From Epithemia pelagica (lineage: Eukaryota; Protista; Bacillariophyta), in the NCBI GenBank assembly GCA_946965045.2, contig OX337234.1, positions 1,984,001 through 2,048,000 on the forward strand: a stretch of 64,000 nt of DNA, written 5' to 3'. This document shows positions 41,733 to 53,628 of the stretch, in pieces. Both the position numbers and the translations under genes were made by a program. Below the pieces are notes generated by a model, which searched no databases, was not told where the DNA came from, and was given only the letters and a program-made list of their open reading frames with translations. Positions within the stretch are counted from its first letter, which is position 1; each line of letters starts with the position of its first letter.

Positions 41733-42788
41733 TCATTCTGAATCTTGATGGCGTCCTGATTCGTCGACGATGGAGGTATCCGATTTGTTGCTGAGGTCGG
41801 AGATGGAGCTATCCAATTTGTTGCTGAGGTCGGAGATGGACGTATCCAATTCGTTGCTGAGGTCGGAGATGGAGGTGCTGAGGTCGGAGATGGAGGTATC
41901 CAATTCGTTGCTGAGGTCGGAGATGGAGGTATGCAATTCGTTGCTGAGGTCGGAGATGGAGGTATGCAATTCGTTGCTGAGGTCGGAGATGGAGTTGCTG
42001 AGGTCGGAGATGGAGGTATGCAATTCGTTGCTGAGGTCGGAGATGGAGGTATGCAATTCGTTGCTGAGGTCGGAGATGGAGGTATGCAATTCGTTGAAGG
42101 CAGACTTTATCTCTGACTTGACGTCGGAAGCTAAGAAGAAAGCTGCAAGGACATATATCAGCGATGGAACTCCAGGAAGGAAAGCCATCACAGCTTCTTG
42201 CCAAAAAGGCTTTTCCACTGCCTCCTTTGCTGCCACTTGGATGGCACCAACTGCAGGATGTGGATATGGCGTCGGCGTCAACAGAGCCAACACACATTCT
42301 TACCAAAAAGGCATTTCCACTGCCTCCTTTGCTGCCACTGGGATGGCAGCAACTGCAGGTTGTGGATGTGCCAAGAAAGACAATGGCGTCAGCAAGAAAA
42401 ATACACTGCTTGATGCAAAAAGTGATGAAACCGCTCCTGCTACTCTACCGCCGGCGCCGGTAGATAGTTCTTGCATGACCACGTCTTTCGTAACAGGCGG
42501 TGATGCGTTGACTTGCTGGCCAGGCTGTTGCTTCTCATGATGATGATGATGATGCATTGGACCACTAAGGAAAACCAGACTACCACGGGGAGGAGTTGTC
42601 GTCATGGTCGTCGTAAATCCCGTGCGAAGAACGCGGACAGGGCCCATAGGAGGCGATGTCGTGACGGTGCCACCGGTCGTGGTAACGGGCACGGCAACGA
42701 CAAATCCGGCCACTACTGCAGTGGAGGAGGCGATCGCAGCGAGCAATAGCAGCAACGTACGACGTAGTGTTGATTGGATGGTTCTCAT
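41733..42788 (-). pseudogene. Putative plastid/thylakoid-targeted coiled-coil protein interrupted by one in-frame TAA (42300-42302); pseudogene or spliced gene
   Basis: ORFs 42300-42788 and 41733-42293 are in the same frame. Signal peptide ends VAG-F, a second hydrophobic domain ends PQPAVAA, there is a 102-bp internal duplication, and the C-terminus has 11-aa repeats. Confidence 0.6.
41757..42095 (-). repeat. Coding minisatellite: nine 33-nt units (NELHTSISDLS) and two 21-nt units (N/TSISDLS)
   Basis: Order 33-33-33-21-33-33-33-21-33-33-33 = 339 nt; near-identical units that degenerate at the 3' end. Confidence 0.92.
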
Positions 42789-43111
42789 CTTTTTTTAATG
42801 GATTTTGGACAAGAAGGGAAGGAGCAAGTCGTTTACCATGCCTTCGTGTGCTGAGATTACCGGAAAACCCGAAATGACAGCGACTGTTGTTGGGACTACA
42901 CTCCAGAAAAGTTGGCCACTCAATCCCCTAGCCCCCGGCGGGGGTGGAAATTTCGATGTGAATTCTCTTTCTCAAATCCCCTTGCGATGGACAAGGGAAT
43001 ACTGTATATGGAAACTCAATCCTTTTGCATATCCGTAGTATTTTCACTCAAACACCAACCTATGTACAGTACATGCATTAACTACATCCTCCCATCACTC
43101 CATTGGTCGCT

Positions 43112-45361
43112 TTATTCCACCAAATGAAAGGACGCGACAGCACCTAGGGGCCGATTGGCTCCTGCTCGGTGTGTGGGGCCCGGTGGTTGCTCTTGTGGCA
43201 AACCGACAATGACCCGGCTTCCCGATTGGTCAATGGCAAATGCCGACCCAAATTGATACGTCTGGTCTCGTTTTCCCTCAGTTTCGGGATGAACAATGGG
43301 CTCGGTCAAGAGAATCCAGGTGTCCGAGGAGGCATCAAACTGATAGACAAACACCTTGCCCAAGGTCCGACTCATGGAATATGTGTTTTCTTTGGTTCGA
43401 AATGGCCCGGGGGCTCCGACAAACAATCGCTTTCCCGTATGATCAAAATGGATCGAGGCACCAAAGTTGGCGTCCTCCGATTCCCCACCCAACACATTGT
43501 TTGTCCCGTAGGCACTCCATTTTCCGGTCCCTGTCGAATCCAACCGCAATATCACGACACGATTCCGTCGTCCATTCCGTGAACCAATGGCCAAGGCTCC
43601 TCCATCCACGGATAGACTAAAGGTGCTACCTCCTAGAGGCTGCGCATGGGCCGGAAGGTAACTATTCGCCACCAACTGGGGATTCCCTAAAGGGAACCAC
43701 GTTCCAGTTATCCCATTAATCGACGAGTACACATCCACAGTCTCGGAAAGAATGTTCCCATCCGAGGATTCCTGAAAGGTTCCAACCGCTAGCAAATCAA
43801 TGCCTGACTCGTATCCAAAGAACAAAAAGCCTCCCGTCGCACTGGTCGCCAAGGTTGCTTGGGAGACCAACTCCCACGAGGCAGTACCATCCGTTGAGTG
43901 CGTTTCATGAAAGATTTCCAGCACACTCGGCTGGTTGTCATTTTCGCTAGACAGTAAAATGGCCAAGGTATCACCCCAATGAGACAAAGCCACACTAATC
44001 GCATGCCAATTCACTCGATTCACGTTGCTGTTGGCCGGACCAAAACGCTCAATATCATGGCCCGATGATCCCAAATAAATAAAGGTTTCCCCACCCTGTG
44101 TAAATGCTATTCGTTCACCATTGCCATTCATTGAAACCACTTGAATATCCTGAAATCGCTTCTTTACAGCCCCGCTGGAGGATGACATGTACGAAGATCC
44201 AGAATAGGCTGAAGGAACACTGGAAGATGTATGATACAATGTACGTTCCCAAATCCAATCATGGACTGCAACCGCCCATCGAAAAACTTGATAAGCTCCA
44301 TGGTACTGACCATCACTATCCTTTGGTCCACGCATAGCGGCCACAAAGCGATCTCCATTGCCATCCAAGTCTACTAAGTGGCCAAAGGATACTTGAGGAC
44401 GAACCGATGTGGGAAGGTGTTCGTCCGTGTGTGGAACCACCAGAGCACTCATGGGTTTAAACACACCCGTGTGAAAGCCACGCGGTGGGTAGGAATCGAT
44501 CCCGGACGAATTTCCATCGGAGGGAAGAATGGTGGTGGTGGACGGCGTCATGGGTTCCATGTCTTGGTCGTCGTCAGCTTTGGTAATGCCACCAAAACTG
44601 AGTACCAGGGTAAGGACCAAGGCGAGACAAAAGAGGGCTCCAAAAAAGGCATCCAAACTACTGGCGTCGCATTCTCCCTTTTTGCGAAAGGGTAATTCCC
44701 CATTCTTGATCAAAACGGCATTTCCTTTTCTCGCTCGTTCGATAAACCTGGAATCTCCATGATGAACGACACGATTGTGGTGACCGTCCGGTCGGCAGCT
44801 GCGAAGACCACCCAAGGAGGAGGACGTTCCCACCAAGGGAACACTTCGCACACCTCCGCCATTCTTATTAGTACTTCTTCCTCCTCGAGTCTGATTGGAA
44901 CGAATGGTTCGTTGTTGAATACGACCACCTGTACTAACAAGTTGTTGCTGCGAGTTTCGGCAACCATTGCGCACCGTTACAGTGCCATCGTCATCGTCAA
45001 AGTCCGTGGCGGTGGTTTTGTCATCTTCAAAGGACGACGAAACTACCGCGTTGTTGTCGTCGTTGCTGCTGGTGGCATTGGGATGGTCTGAAGGCGATAG
45101 GGCAGGGTTTTCTTCATCATTTCCATGGATTATCGGTGAAGAGGACAAGGGGACAACCGATAAGAGACCAACACCGTTGTAACAATAACGACTCGTCTCT
45201 CCTTGTTCAGCATTTTCATATTCGTCCAAGGATTCGTCATCCAACAACTGAATGGTTGATCCCCGTGACTCCATTAACAAATGATCGGACATATCGGATG
45301 GTTGCTCCATCCAAGCATCGCGAAACTCTTGTCCATCTTCTTCCTCGGTATTGACTGGCAT
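43112..45361 (-). CDS. Type-II membrane FG-GAP-like beta-propeller protein, copy B (intronless)
   Basis: TM segment FFGALFCLALVLTLVLSFGG; blades FGHLVDLDGNG, FGASIHFDHTGKRLFVGAPG and FGSAFAIDQSGSRVIVGLP. First ATG is at 45361. Confidence 0.82.
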   Translation of the reverse strand: MPVNTEEEDGQEFRDAWMEQPSDMSDHLLMESRGSTIQLLDDESLDEYENAEQGETSRYCYNGVGLLSVVPLSSSPIIHGNDEENPALSPSDHPNATSSNDDNNAVVSSSFEDDKTTATDFDDDDGTVTVRNGCRNSQQQLVSTGGRIQQRTIRSNQTRGGRSTNKNGGGVRSVPLVGTSSSLGGLRSCRPDGHHNRVVHHGDSRFIERARKGNAVLIKNGELPFRKKGECDASSLDAFFGALFCLALVLTLVLSFGGITKADDDQDMEPMTPSTTTILPSDGNSSGIDSYPPRGFHTGVFKPMSALVVPHTDEHLPTSVRPQVSFGHLVDLDGNGDRFVAAMRGPKDSDGQYHGAYQVFRWAVAVHDWIWERTLYHTSSSVPSAYSGSSYMSSSSGAVKKRFQDIQVVSMNGNGERIAFTQGGETFIYLGSSGHDIERFGPANSNVNRVNWHAISVALSHWGDTLAILLSSENDNQPSVLEIFHETHSTDGTASWELVSQATLATSATGGFLFFGYESGIDLLAVGTFQESSDGNILSETVDVYSSINGITGTWFPLGNPQLVANSYLPAHAQPLGGSTFSLSVDGGALAIGSRNGRRNRVVILRLDSTGTGKWSAYGTNNVLGGESEDANFGASIHFDHTGKRLFVGAPGPFRTKENTYSMSRTLGKVFVYQFDASSDTWILLTEPIVHPETEGKRDQTYQFGSAFAIDQSGSRVIVGLPQEQPPGPTHRAGANRPLGAVASFHLVE

Positions 45362-45988
45362 GTTCTTCTTTGGCGGTTCGATTGGTCCCAAACCGCATTC
45401 ACAACACCAACCTTCGTTGCTCGTTCGAGAATCGTCTCTTTCTTTTGCTGCTTTTCACCAGAAGACGATATCGTGAAACCACCAATTTATGTTTTTCTTT
45501 GTGGTCGACAAGATCAATGATTGGATCTCCTGGAAGGACGGTCGATTCTTTTCTCCACAAAAGGCGAACTTCTGGTAACAACTTCCCTTTGTTCGACGGA
45601 GTCCGTGTTTCTTCTCGTCGTTTGGGGCTATTGGGTGTCACAAATCACCGGACTTCTTGGGTGTAGTCTGAGCTCCATTGATTCCCTTTGAACTTTGAAC
45701 CATAGAGTCACTACCCAGCGCCTTAAAAGTTCTGGGGGGTTCTGCTGACACGCATTCGATTAGACGCGTTTGGAACGCATTTCAATCGCATTCCATCGAA
45801 ACGCGAACACGGACATTTTCGCTCACAAAAGTGTCACTTGGATAGACTTTTTGCATCCGTTTGGTCATTGTGATTCCTCATTGCTTGTGCCAAGCTCGAA
45901 AGATCTTTGGATTCTCTCTCTCTTGATAGACCTCTTGGTTGGTTTCTTGGAGAAAAAAAACTAGGTAGTCACACAAGCAGAAGCAAGC

Positions 45989-48976
45989 ATGCCTGGACCC
46001 GCAGATCTCATGGCCCATATTGCGGCACGTGGCAAAGAGGCAGGGCAGGAACCCACCATGGGCAAGAAGGGAGCACCGGTTGGATTGATGGCAGCCTTGG
46101 AAGCCCGGAAAACGGCACCGACTCCTAAATCCGAAACCACCAAAAGTTCTCCATCTACCAAACCAGCAGTCTCCAAGTCTACGCCACAAGTTCCAGAAGG
46201 CAAGCTCTTCCATTACGATGAGTCGGTCCAAGGCTTTTTGTTTGATTTTTCCAATAGTACACCTCGATTGACACGGGATGCCCATGGCAACGAACAAACC
46301 GACATCTTGGTTCCCTTACCACCCTGTGTGTATCGAATGACGGATTACACCTTGGCCAAAAAGGAACCAGTCTTACTCAAACGTTGTCTCCTCAAGCTCA
46401 ATGTGTTGAGGTGCCTGGCCCGCGAATGCGACAATCTCAACAATTTGCTTTGGCATCGTTTTTGTCCCACCACCAAGGAATACCAGCATCGCAAAACGCA
46501 CACCTTGGAAGAAGATGAACTGGGCAAGGCACGTTTCATGGAACTCATTTCCAATTGTGGAGTCTTTCAAAAAGTCTCGGAACTCTTGTTGCAACGGGCT
46601 GGACAAGTGGCCGATGTGGTGGCCAACGTGACACCCAGCAACAACAACAAGGAAGAGGGCGGAGGAACCAATAAGAACCCCTACCGTATTCCTCAAGTAA
46701 AGGTTCAAGGATTGGAAGACTTTCTTCAAAAGATTGAGGAGTTGGAACCTTCATTGAAACAGGCACGTGACGAGATTGAGCAAACACAATCGGTTAGCTT
46801 CTTTCCAGGTCTTGGTGTAAGTTCCTTTCCAACTTGTGCAACCTTGTGGTTGTGGAATTTCTATAGCGCAGGCACTTAGCAGGGACCCCAGAAAAAGCCG
46901 CATGACTCACCCGGTTATTGCATTGCCCATTGATAGGAACTGTTTTGCCCCGGATCCAAAGTCCTGTGCTATCCCGAAGGAATGGAAGGAAGCCCGCTCG
47001 GATGTTCCTGTGTTCAATCCTGGTATGCCGAAGAACTTAACAAAGCGACGGTACGTTTACCAGTGTTTTGCATTAGTTTTGTCACAAGAGCTCACACCTC
47101 TGTCGTTTTCTGACAATATTTTGACATGGGGACAGAACAAGATTAAACGTCGCTTTGTCCTGGTGTAAGTCGATACCGTATGACAATGTGTGACGACAAT
47201 ATCGGGTTTGAACAAGGGTCATCGACGCTTGCTAACACGATTCCATACTGACCACTCCGGTGTTCTTCTCTCCATCTCTATTCAGTGTCGAATTCATGGT
47301 CTCGGTGGGAGATGAACTCGTCTTTGTGGCGGCCACAGACGTCTATCCAGAGTTTCATGATCCCAGTCGCAGCGTTCCGCTTCGAGACTTGACGCATCGA
47401 AAATTGGACCCCGTCAACAATGCTGAAGATGCCTCCTTGTTGCAACGACTGCAACAGCGAGGGGAATTTTATGCTTCTGTAGCAACCCATAATCATTATC
47501 TGGAATATTATCCTCATTCCTTCTTCCCCATTATTGGCGGAGGGTGGAGGAACAATGCTGTCCGGCCTCTTTCCAAAGGAGGTCGAGTCATGGTGGATGG
47601 TGCGTTAACTTTTGAAAGAGGCGTGGAGGTATCATAATCATTGTCTGATGGGGATATCTTATTCATTGTTCTGTGTGTTGACTTGTCCCGAAACAGTGAA
47701 ACGTGGTATCTTGGAAGGTCATTTGCCGGTACGAGGAACGTCCGACGGCATGTCCGATACTGTGAAGGAGGCTATTAAACTGTTTGAACAGAACAAACGT
47801 ACAGGTATTGCTGTTCCCTTCCGCACAGCCATTCTTCCTGGGTTTGATTCAGGTACCTTATCCAAGAAGAAAAAGTTGCAGATGGGCGACATTGAAGAAC
47901 GAGGTGATTCCGATCGATCCAGCCTTTGGCAGTCATGGCCAATGTTGACTGGATTCTCCTTCACCGCCCGAGTGTGGGGAAAGCTGCTGCTTGGAATGCC
48001 CAAGGATATACCCTCTGGGTTTAAACAAGGCCATATGGTCAAGCGCAATTCACGGAGCAAACTCGGGGTAGAATTGGGCGGTCTTGGTGGCGAAGGCAGC
48101 TGCGGTAATTGTGGTTACATTGTCTTTCAGGAGCAAGCGTTTGAACAGCTTGTCCTGGCCGATGACAAGAAGGAATTGATTCGCGCCGTGGCGAGAAATG
48201 CTGGAGGCGGTGCCCAGTGGGACGATGATGATGGCGAAGAGAACGATGGCGATGACAAGGAGGAAGTGGGCCTGGATGTTGTGGCGAACAAAGGAGGCGC
48301 ATCTATCTTTCTGTTGCACGGTCCTCCTGGTTGTGGGAAAACACTTACGGCAGAAGCCATTGCGGAGCTGCTTCGTAAGCCTCTGTACATTGTTACGGCA
48401 GGTGATCTCGGTATCACAGCGGCCGAAGTCGAAAAAACACTGGGAGCCGTACTTGAGTTGTGTCAAACCTGGGACGCTTTGGTTTTGATTGACGAAGCAG
48501 ACATATTTTTGGAAGCTCGAAACAGTGCCGAAATTCAACGAAATGCATTGGTTTGTGTCATGCTTCGTTTGCTGGAGTATTACTCTGGTTGCTTGTTCTT
48601 GAGTTCCAACCGGGCAGCGGGTAGCATTGATGCCGCGATTGCTTCCCGAATCACAGTCATGTTGAGTTACCCGTCCCTAGATGTGGCTGGCAGGGCAAAA
48701 GTATGGAAGAACTTGATTGAACTGATTCCGGTCCAACCTGCTGGGGAGGCCACCACCAAAAACTCTCGAAAAGCTTCCAGTTATCGTGTGGATTTTTCCG
48801 AGGCGGACTTTCAGGATCTGGCGTCCAAGTACGAATTGAATGGACGTCAAATCAAAAACTCGATCGTGCTTGCAAGGGCCTTGGCTAGAGAGCGCGGAAA
48901 GCCACTCGAGATGCCTATTCTTCAGCGAGCCGTAACTGCCGTTGCAGGTGAAAACGCCGCATCTGGAGTATACTGA
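45989..48976 (+). CDS. Multi-exon AAA+ ATPase
   Basis: Walker A GPPGCGKT, Walker B LVLIDEAD, sensor LSSNR and Arg finger IASRI. Introns 46793-46871 and 47600-47696 give in-frame joins; exon structure between 47051 and 47285 is not fully resolved. Confidence 0.8.
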
Positions 48977-49319
48977 ATATTTGGTTTACGCTGCTTTAAG
49001 GGATTGAAATTAAGTTTTAATCTGATCTTTCTGTTCCCCAATTGGATTCTGTCATGTCTTCTTCATGCATATAGATATAGATCATAAACATTGATATCAT
49101 TTTGTCGAACGAGCTTTCTCATCAGCTGTCTTCACCAACAGCCATCTCTGTTGTCATCACGGCTCCTTGGAAACTTATCAAAAGGAAAAATGTATTTTGG
49201 AGTTTTTTCATAGCGCATAGCGTCCTCTTCGCACGATCCATAGGGCTTCCACCCCCAGAACCACCGCTCAAGAGGCGGTCCATCGTTGGACCAGCCATCC
49301 CCTTCTTCCAACAGTCAGT

Positions 49320-50495
49320 CTATGAAGCCATGCCAATTGAGGTTGCGTTGCGGCTTTCCGTTCGCCGGAGCTCACCATTCTCTCCCCATAGCAGAGAGTT
49401 CAAGGAATCATTAAGTGATTCAATCTCTTCATCTATTTCATCAAGTCGCGTTTCCGTGGACCTCTCACTCTTGAAATCACTAAAGAGTTGAGATGACGGC
49501 GCCCATGAAGCAAAGCTATCAGCATTTCTGTTGTCATCGAGATACTCATCGTAAAGCCTTTCAAAATCATCATCTTCAAAATCCTCCTCCTCGAACATGT
49601 CTTCCTCCTCCCCTTCAAAGTACGAACGGATCCCGGATCGTGATGTCCAGGCCTCAACGGGTAAAACTTTCACGTTGGACGGTGTTTCTATGCGTTCGGG
49701 GACCGGCGGGGCCTTGGCCGCAGTCAAGCGTCCGGCCGAACTCGGAAAGATGGCACTGAGGAAAAGATCCCAGTGGCGGATCGAGTACCGATCCTCTTGA
49801 TGTTGAATCAGTCCATTTTCTTGGTTGATAGTGAAGTGTGTATACACAATACAGGGCTTGATGTACATACCCCAAGGACCAAAATTGGCCCTTCCCGAAA
49901 GACGCCAAGTGCATACAATTGTATTGGGTTGCTGTTGACTGACTTGGGTGGATATAATATCAGCGCGCGATACCTTTTGGTCAAATAGAGCTTTCACGTC
50001 ATGAACATATTGATCCAGAGAATCAAAGTATACGTCGGCATCTTCGTACGTGAAATCCTGGCAAAAGTACTTGGGATCTACCTTGCCTGTTACAAACCAC
50101 TGCGATTTGTACAAATCCCGGTCTAGCATCTCGGCCAGCTCCGAAATTGTAACATGGCCGGGTTGACGGCTTTCTTTCTGAAGACGATACGACGGTCGAG
50201 GCGTCTTGTGTTGGGCGGTGCGAGCTTCCTGTACAACAGCAGAAGGATACTCGGATTTGTCATGGGATGAAGGAGACGAATGAAAGTAGGATGACGAGTG
50301 GAATCCGGGGGACACGTGTGATTTGTGGTTCCTGGTGTCGTCGTCCTGACTGTCGTCAGTCAGCGTAGCAGATCGAGCACCGACATGGCCGGTTGCCTGT
50401 CCCCCCCAAAGTGGACGACCAATACCATTCAAGAATCCATTGCAAGGATGACCACCGAAAAATAGTACAAGCCACCAGAGTTGTCTCCCGTGCAT
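49320..50495 (-). CDS. DUF2358 / SnoaL-NTF2-like protein with bipartite plastid-type leader
   Basis: Leader MHGRQLWWLVLFFGGHPCNG-F. Core FVTGKVDPKYFCQDFTYED...WRLSG...NGLIQHQEDRY. Acidic C-terminal tail. Confidence 0.75.
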   Translation of the reverse strand: MHGRQLWWLVLFFGGHPCNGFLNGIGRPLWGGQATGHVGARSATLTDDSQDDDTRNHKSHVSPGFHSSSYFHSSPSSHDKSEYPSAVVQEARTAQHKTPRPSYRLQKESRQPGHVTISELAEMLDRDLYKSQWFVTGKVDPKYFCQDFTYEDADVYFDSLDQYVHDVKALFDQKVSRADIISTQVSQQQPNTIVCTWRLSGRANFGPWGMYIKPCIVYTHFTINQENGLIQHQEDRYSIRHWDLFLSAIFPSSAGRLTAAKAPPVPERIETPSNVKVLPVEAWTSRSGIRSYFEGEEEDMFEEEDFEDDDFERLYDEYLDDNRNADSFASWAPSSQLFSDFKSERSTETRLDEIDEEIESLNDSLNSLLWGENGELRRTESRNATSIGMAS

Positions 50496-51600
50496 TATTG
50501 TGGTTTTGTGCTCACCACGTGTTCTTGTTCGCTCCAATGAATCTGAATGTGCGCTCAATTTCTTCCAACCACGGGGGACAATGAATGAAAGTGACGAATG
50601 TGACCCTTTTAGAGAGAAAGATTGAATGGTGATGGATGCGAATCAATCACACGTCCCAAAGATCTGGTCCCCAATAGCAATAGCACAATCACAATCGTTT
50701 CGATCCATATGTCATGTGGATCTGCCGATTGCATTCTGGCGAATTTCTAGAACACAAAGGGTTGTCCGTGGTACGCTCGGAAGCAGTGGTGGTTGGACGT
50801 TGGACGGGGAAGTGATGAAACCTACAACTCAGCGTCCACTATGGGATCTCGTTCATCTTGTAGACTCAATCAAATGTGCTTTGAACAGTGATTTGGGACG
50901 CAAGGATGTAGTGGAATGTTGGGGGCAGATTCCTGCGTCAGTGACTCGCCAAGACCTGAGTCAAAGTAGTCGCTTGAACAGTGGCGGATAGGTCAATGTT
51001 AGTCGCTCCTATTAAAATTATTGCCCCATAAGTATTCCTAAGCGTGACCATATTCGTGATAAGTAAGAGGAGAAAAGTAACGCGATTTCCGTTGCGAAGT
51101 ATATTGCGGTTAATACGAGTACTTTGGGTTGCTCCACGCGTAAATAGGTGAACTTTTCTGACAAAGATCCGGTCTTGCCTCTCTGGCTTAAGTATTAAAC
51201 AACGTATGTACCAGAGGCTTTTCTGGCAAATCATTCCAGAAAATGTTTGAGTCGGACAAAATCCTTAAGTACCAATGGCGCGCCAGACACACAAATACAA
51301 AATCTCAGCGAGATTATGCATCATCAGTAATCACAAAAGCTAAATATTCGATCCGTTGGACGACGGGTATTTGTTCTAGGCAGACGATGCGCGCCACCGT
51401 CCCACTTTTTTGTGAAAGGACTTGTCCATTGACAAAATGGTTACCCTTCTTGATAAATCAATAAAAAGTCCGTTCCGGGAAAGTCCAAAGTCATTCGTGG
51501 TGTCCAAAAGGTTTGCGGAGGGAACTCCATCAGTTCCATTTCTAGGTAGACCCAACCCAGTCTCTCTCTCTTTGGACAACGACGCTTGTAGACAAAGAGA

Positions 51601-53109
51601 ATGAAGGTCGTTCATCAAGTTCAGAATTTTCTGTCGAACGCCAATGTGTTGGGAGTTTCCTTGCTGTCCAAGAAGCGACATGTCATTACCGTTCAAACTG
51701 ATTGTTCCTTTGAAGACCCTGAAACGGAAGGCGAGATTCTGGAAAGTGTCGAAGTTTCCCTCGTGACGGGAAGAGGCAGAATTCCAACGTTTCCATCGCG
51801 TCGTACCCGTTGGTCATCCCGGAAAAAAGAGTCCACGACGAATGGTTTCATTCATTCCTTGCATAATGCGTGTGAGGCGGGAACACCAAACACCTTGTGT
51901 TGTCGTGATACCTCTTCCTTTGCAAGTCGCCATGACGGAAGCGGATCGACCGCACTAGAATCGATTCAAGACGTTGCAAGTATGAGCACGTCCAGTTCGA
52001 CTGGATCTTGTTCACGAGTCCGATCCGGATCCTCCAATGACATGAGCGGCAGTGGCAGCGCGTCGACCCAATCAAGTGTGAGAAAGCCTCCCCGAGCAAT
52101 TTTGGCGCGGCGGTCTCCAGCCCATGCCACATCTTCCGATTCCGTCGTCTCCAATATTCGACCCTTTGCCGGAAGTTCTACCGAAGAAGTTCAACAGACA
52201 TGTGATTTTGTGCGACCTGGACATTGTGACTTTGTGGAACCAGTCTATCCGGGGAGGAAACGAGACCGAACGTCAAACGAAACAAGAGAATTGTTACGAT
52301 GGAGGCAGGTCCCTCCTGAATCACTGTTGGTCCGCTCCTCCCAGAATGGCAAAAATCGAATGAAAGAGTCGTTCGTAGGCGATCTCTATGAATGCCTTGG
52401 TGTGGATATGATCGAGTCTCCTCACCGGCTCCAGAAATTTTCGACCCGAGTTGTTTTGCCAGAAGTGGAAGAAGTGCCAAATAAACCAAGAGACAGGTGG
52501 CATGCTCCCGACATTTTTATCGTGACTCTTTCGATTCCACTGGAAAAGAAAAAATGTTTGACACTCTCATTCCACTTTGGAATGAAGGCCCAAACCCGAG
52601 AGATACTGACTCAAATAACCAATGACAGTGACAGTGTCCCAGGAAACAAGGACGAGGAATCACTCGTCAACGCAGTTCGTTTGTTCAACAGCTGGTGTGG
52701 ACAAGCTCCGAATGATCCCGCTGTGCAAGGTCGATTCAAACTGATTCCATACGTTGAAAATGCGGAGGACATGGGCATTCCTGGATGGATTTCACGGTGG
52801 AATGGGAGACCCACACGGATCAAACGTACCGGCAAAACGGGATTCTTGTACACCAGCGAAGACGACTTGACAATGGACGATTCTGTGATGGAAATGGAAA
52901 TATCAATACATGCGTTTCCGTGGATCACCAAACAGGCCATTGACTATTTACGAGAAAAAGTGTTTCCCAAGTCTCTACTGACATTTGGGTTCTTGATTGA
53001 AGCGCGAGAGGAGTCGGATGTTCCGGAAATGTTGATTGGATTGGCCCAACTAGGGTACCCTAGAGCCAACATGGCAGTTCCAAGCGATGAATTCTTTGAA
53101 ACAAGTTAA
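51601..53109 (+). CDS. EDR2 C-terminal (DUF1336)-domain protein
   Basis: GRFKLIPYVEN, RWNGRP, MEMEISIH and FGFLIEAREESDVPEMLIG follow the DUF1336 motif order. Confidence 0.8.
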   Translation: MKVVHQVQNFLSNANVLGVSLLSKKRHVITVQTDCSFEDPETEGEILESVEVSLVTGRGRIPTFPSRRTRWSSRKKESTTNGFIHSLHNACEAGTPNTLCCRDTSSFASRHDGSGSTALESIQDVASMSTSSSTGSCSRVRSGSSNDMSGSGSASTQSSVRKPPRAILARRSPAHATSSDSVVSNIRPFAGSSTEEVQQTCDFVRPGHCDFVEPVYPGRKRDRTSNETRELLRWRQVPPESLLVRSSQNGKNRMKESFVGDLYECLGVDMIESPHRLQKFSTRVVLPEVEEVPNKPRDRWHAPDIFIVTLSIPLEKKKCLTLSFHFGMKAQTREILTQITNDSDSVPGNKDEESLVNAVRLFNSWCGQAPNDPAVQGRFKLIPYVENAEDMGIPGWISRWNGRPTRIKRTGKTGFLYTSEDDLTMDDSVMEMEISIHAFPWITKQAIDYLREKVFPKSLLTFGFLIEAREESDVPEMLIGLAQLGYPRANMAVPSDEFFETS

Positions 53110-53628
53110 ATGCGTGAGGTTCATTTCAACCTCACGCCAATGTTTTCAGGATGCATGCGCGGAGCGAGGAGTTGGAATCCGATCGACCAAATTTTTCAAC
53201 AATGCTTTTCATAAACTAGCATAGGCGTGCTGGTCTGTCCTCATTGACTGCCGGCCTGCTTCTATCTCGAAAATGAGATGGGACAGGGACGAGTTCGAAT
53301 CCTATGTTCGCAGTTATTCATAAATACCTGGCACCTGTTGCTATATTCTAAATGTCTCTCACGGGCACATCCGGTGAACGGATGGCTCCGTCTTTTCTCT
53401 TTTGATTATAACCACACGATGAAGACCCACCACCACCAAGTCGGTTAAGGCTAAACATTACCATAGCCAACACCGGGAGACATAGCACCATAGCGAGCGA
53501 CCTATAGCGATATAGCGACGTCACACGTCACCAAAGCGACCAAAGTTCGACGCAATCGACCCAAACGAAGACAAACTGGCAAACTGGTGTCTAAATTAGA
53601 AAAGAAAGGTGAAAGAAGAAAACAAACA

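Noticed and set aside
41757-42095. CRISPR-like array
   Set aside because: The units are directly adjacent with no unique spacers, keep one reading frame, and have no cas genes nearby.
53219-53307. GAGTTCGAATCC (B-box/T-loop-like) within an imperfect hairpin
   Set aside because: The T-stem does not pair (ACGAG versus CCTAT) and no cloverleaf can be drawn, so it is not called as a tRNA or SINE.
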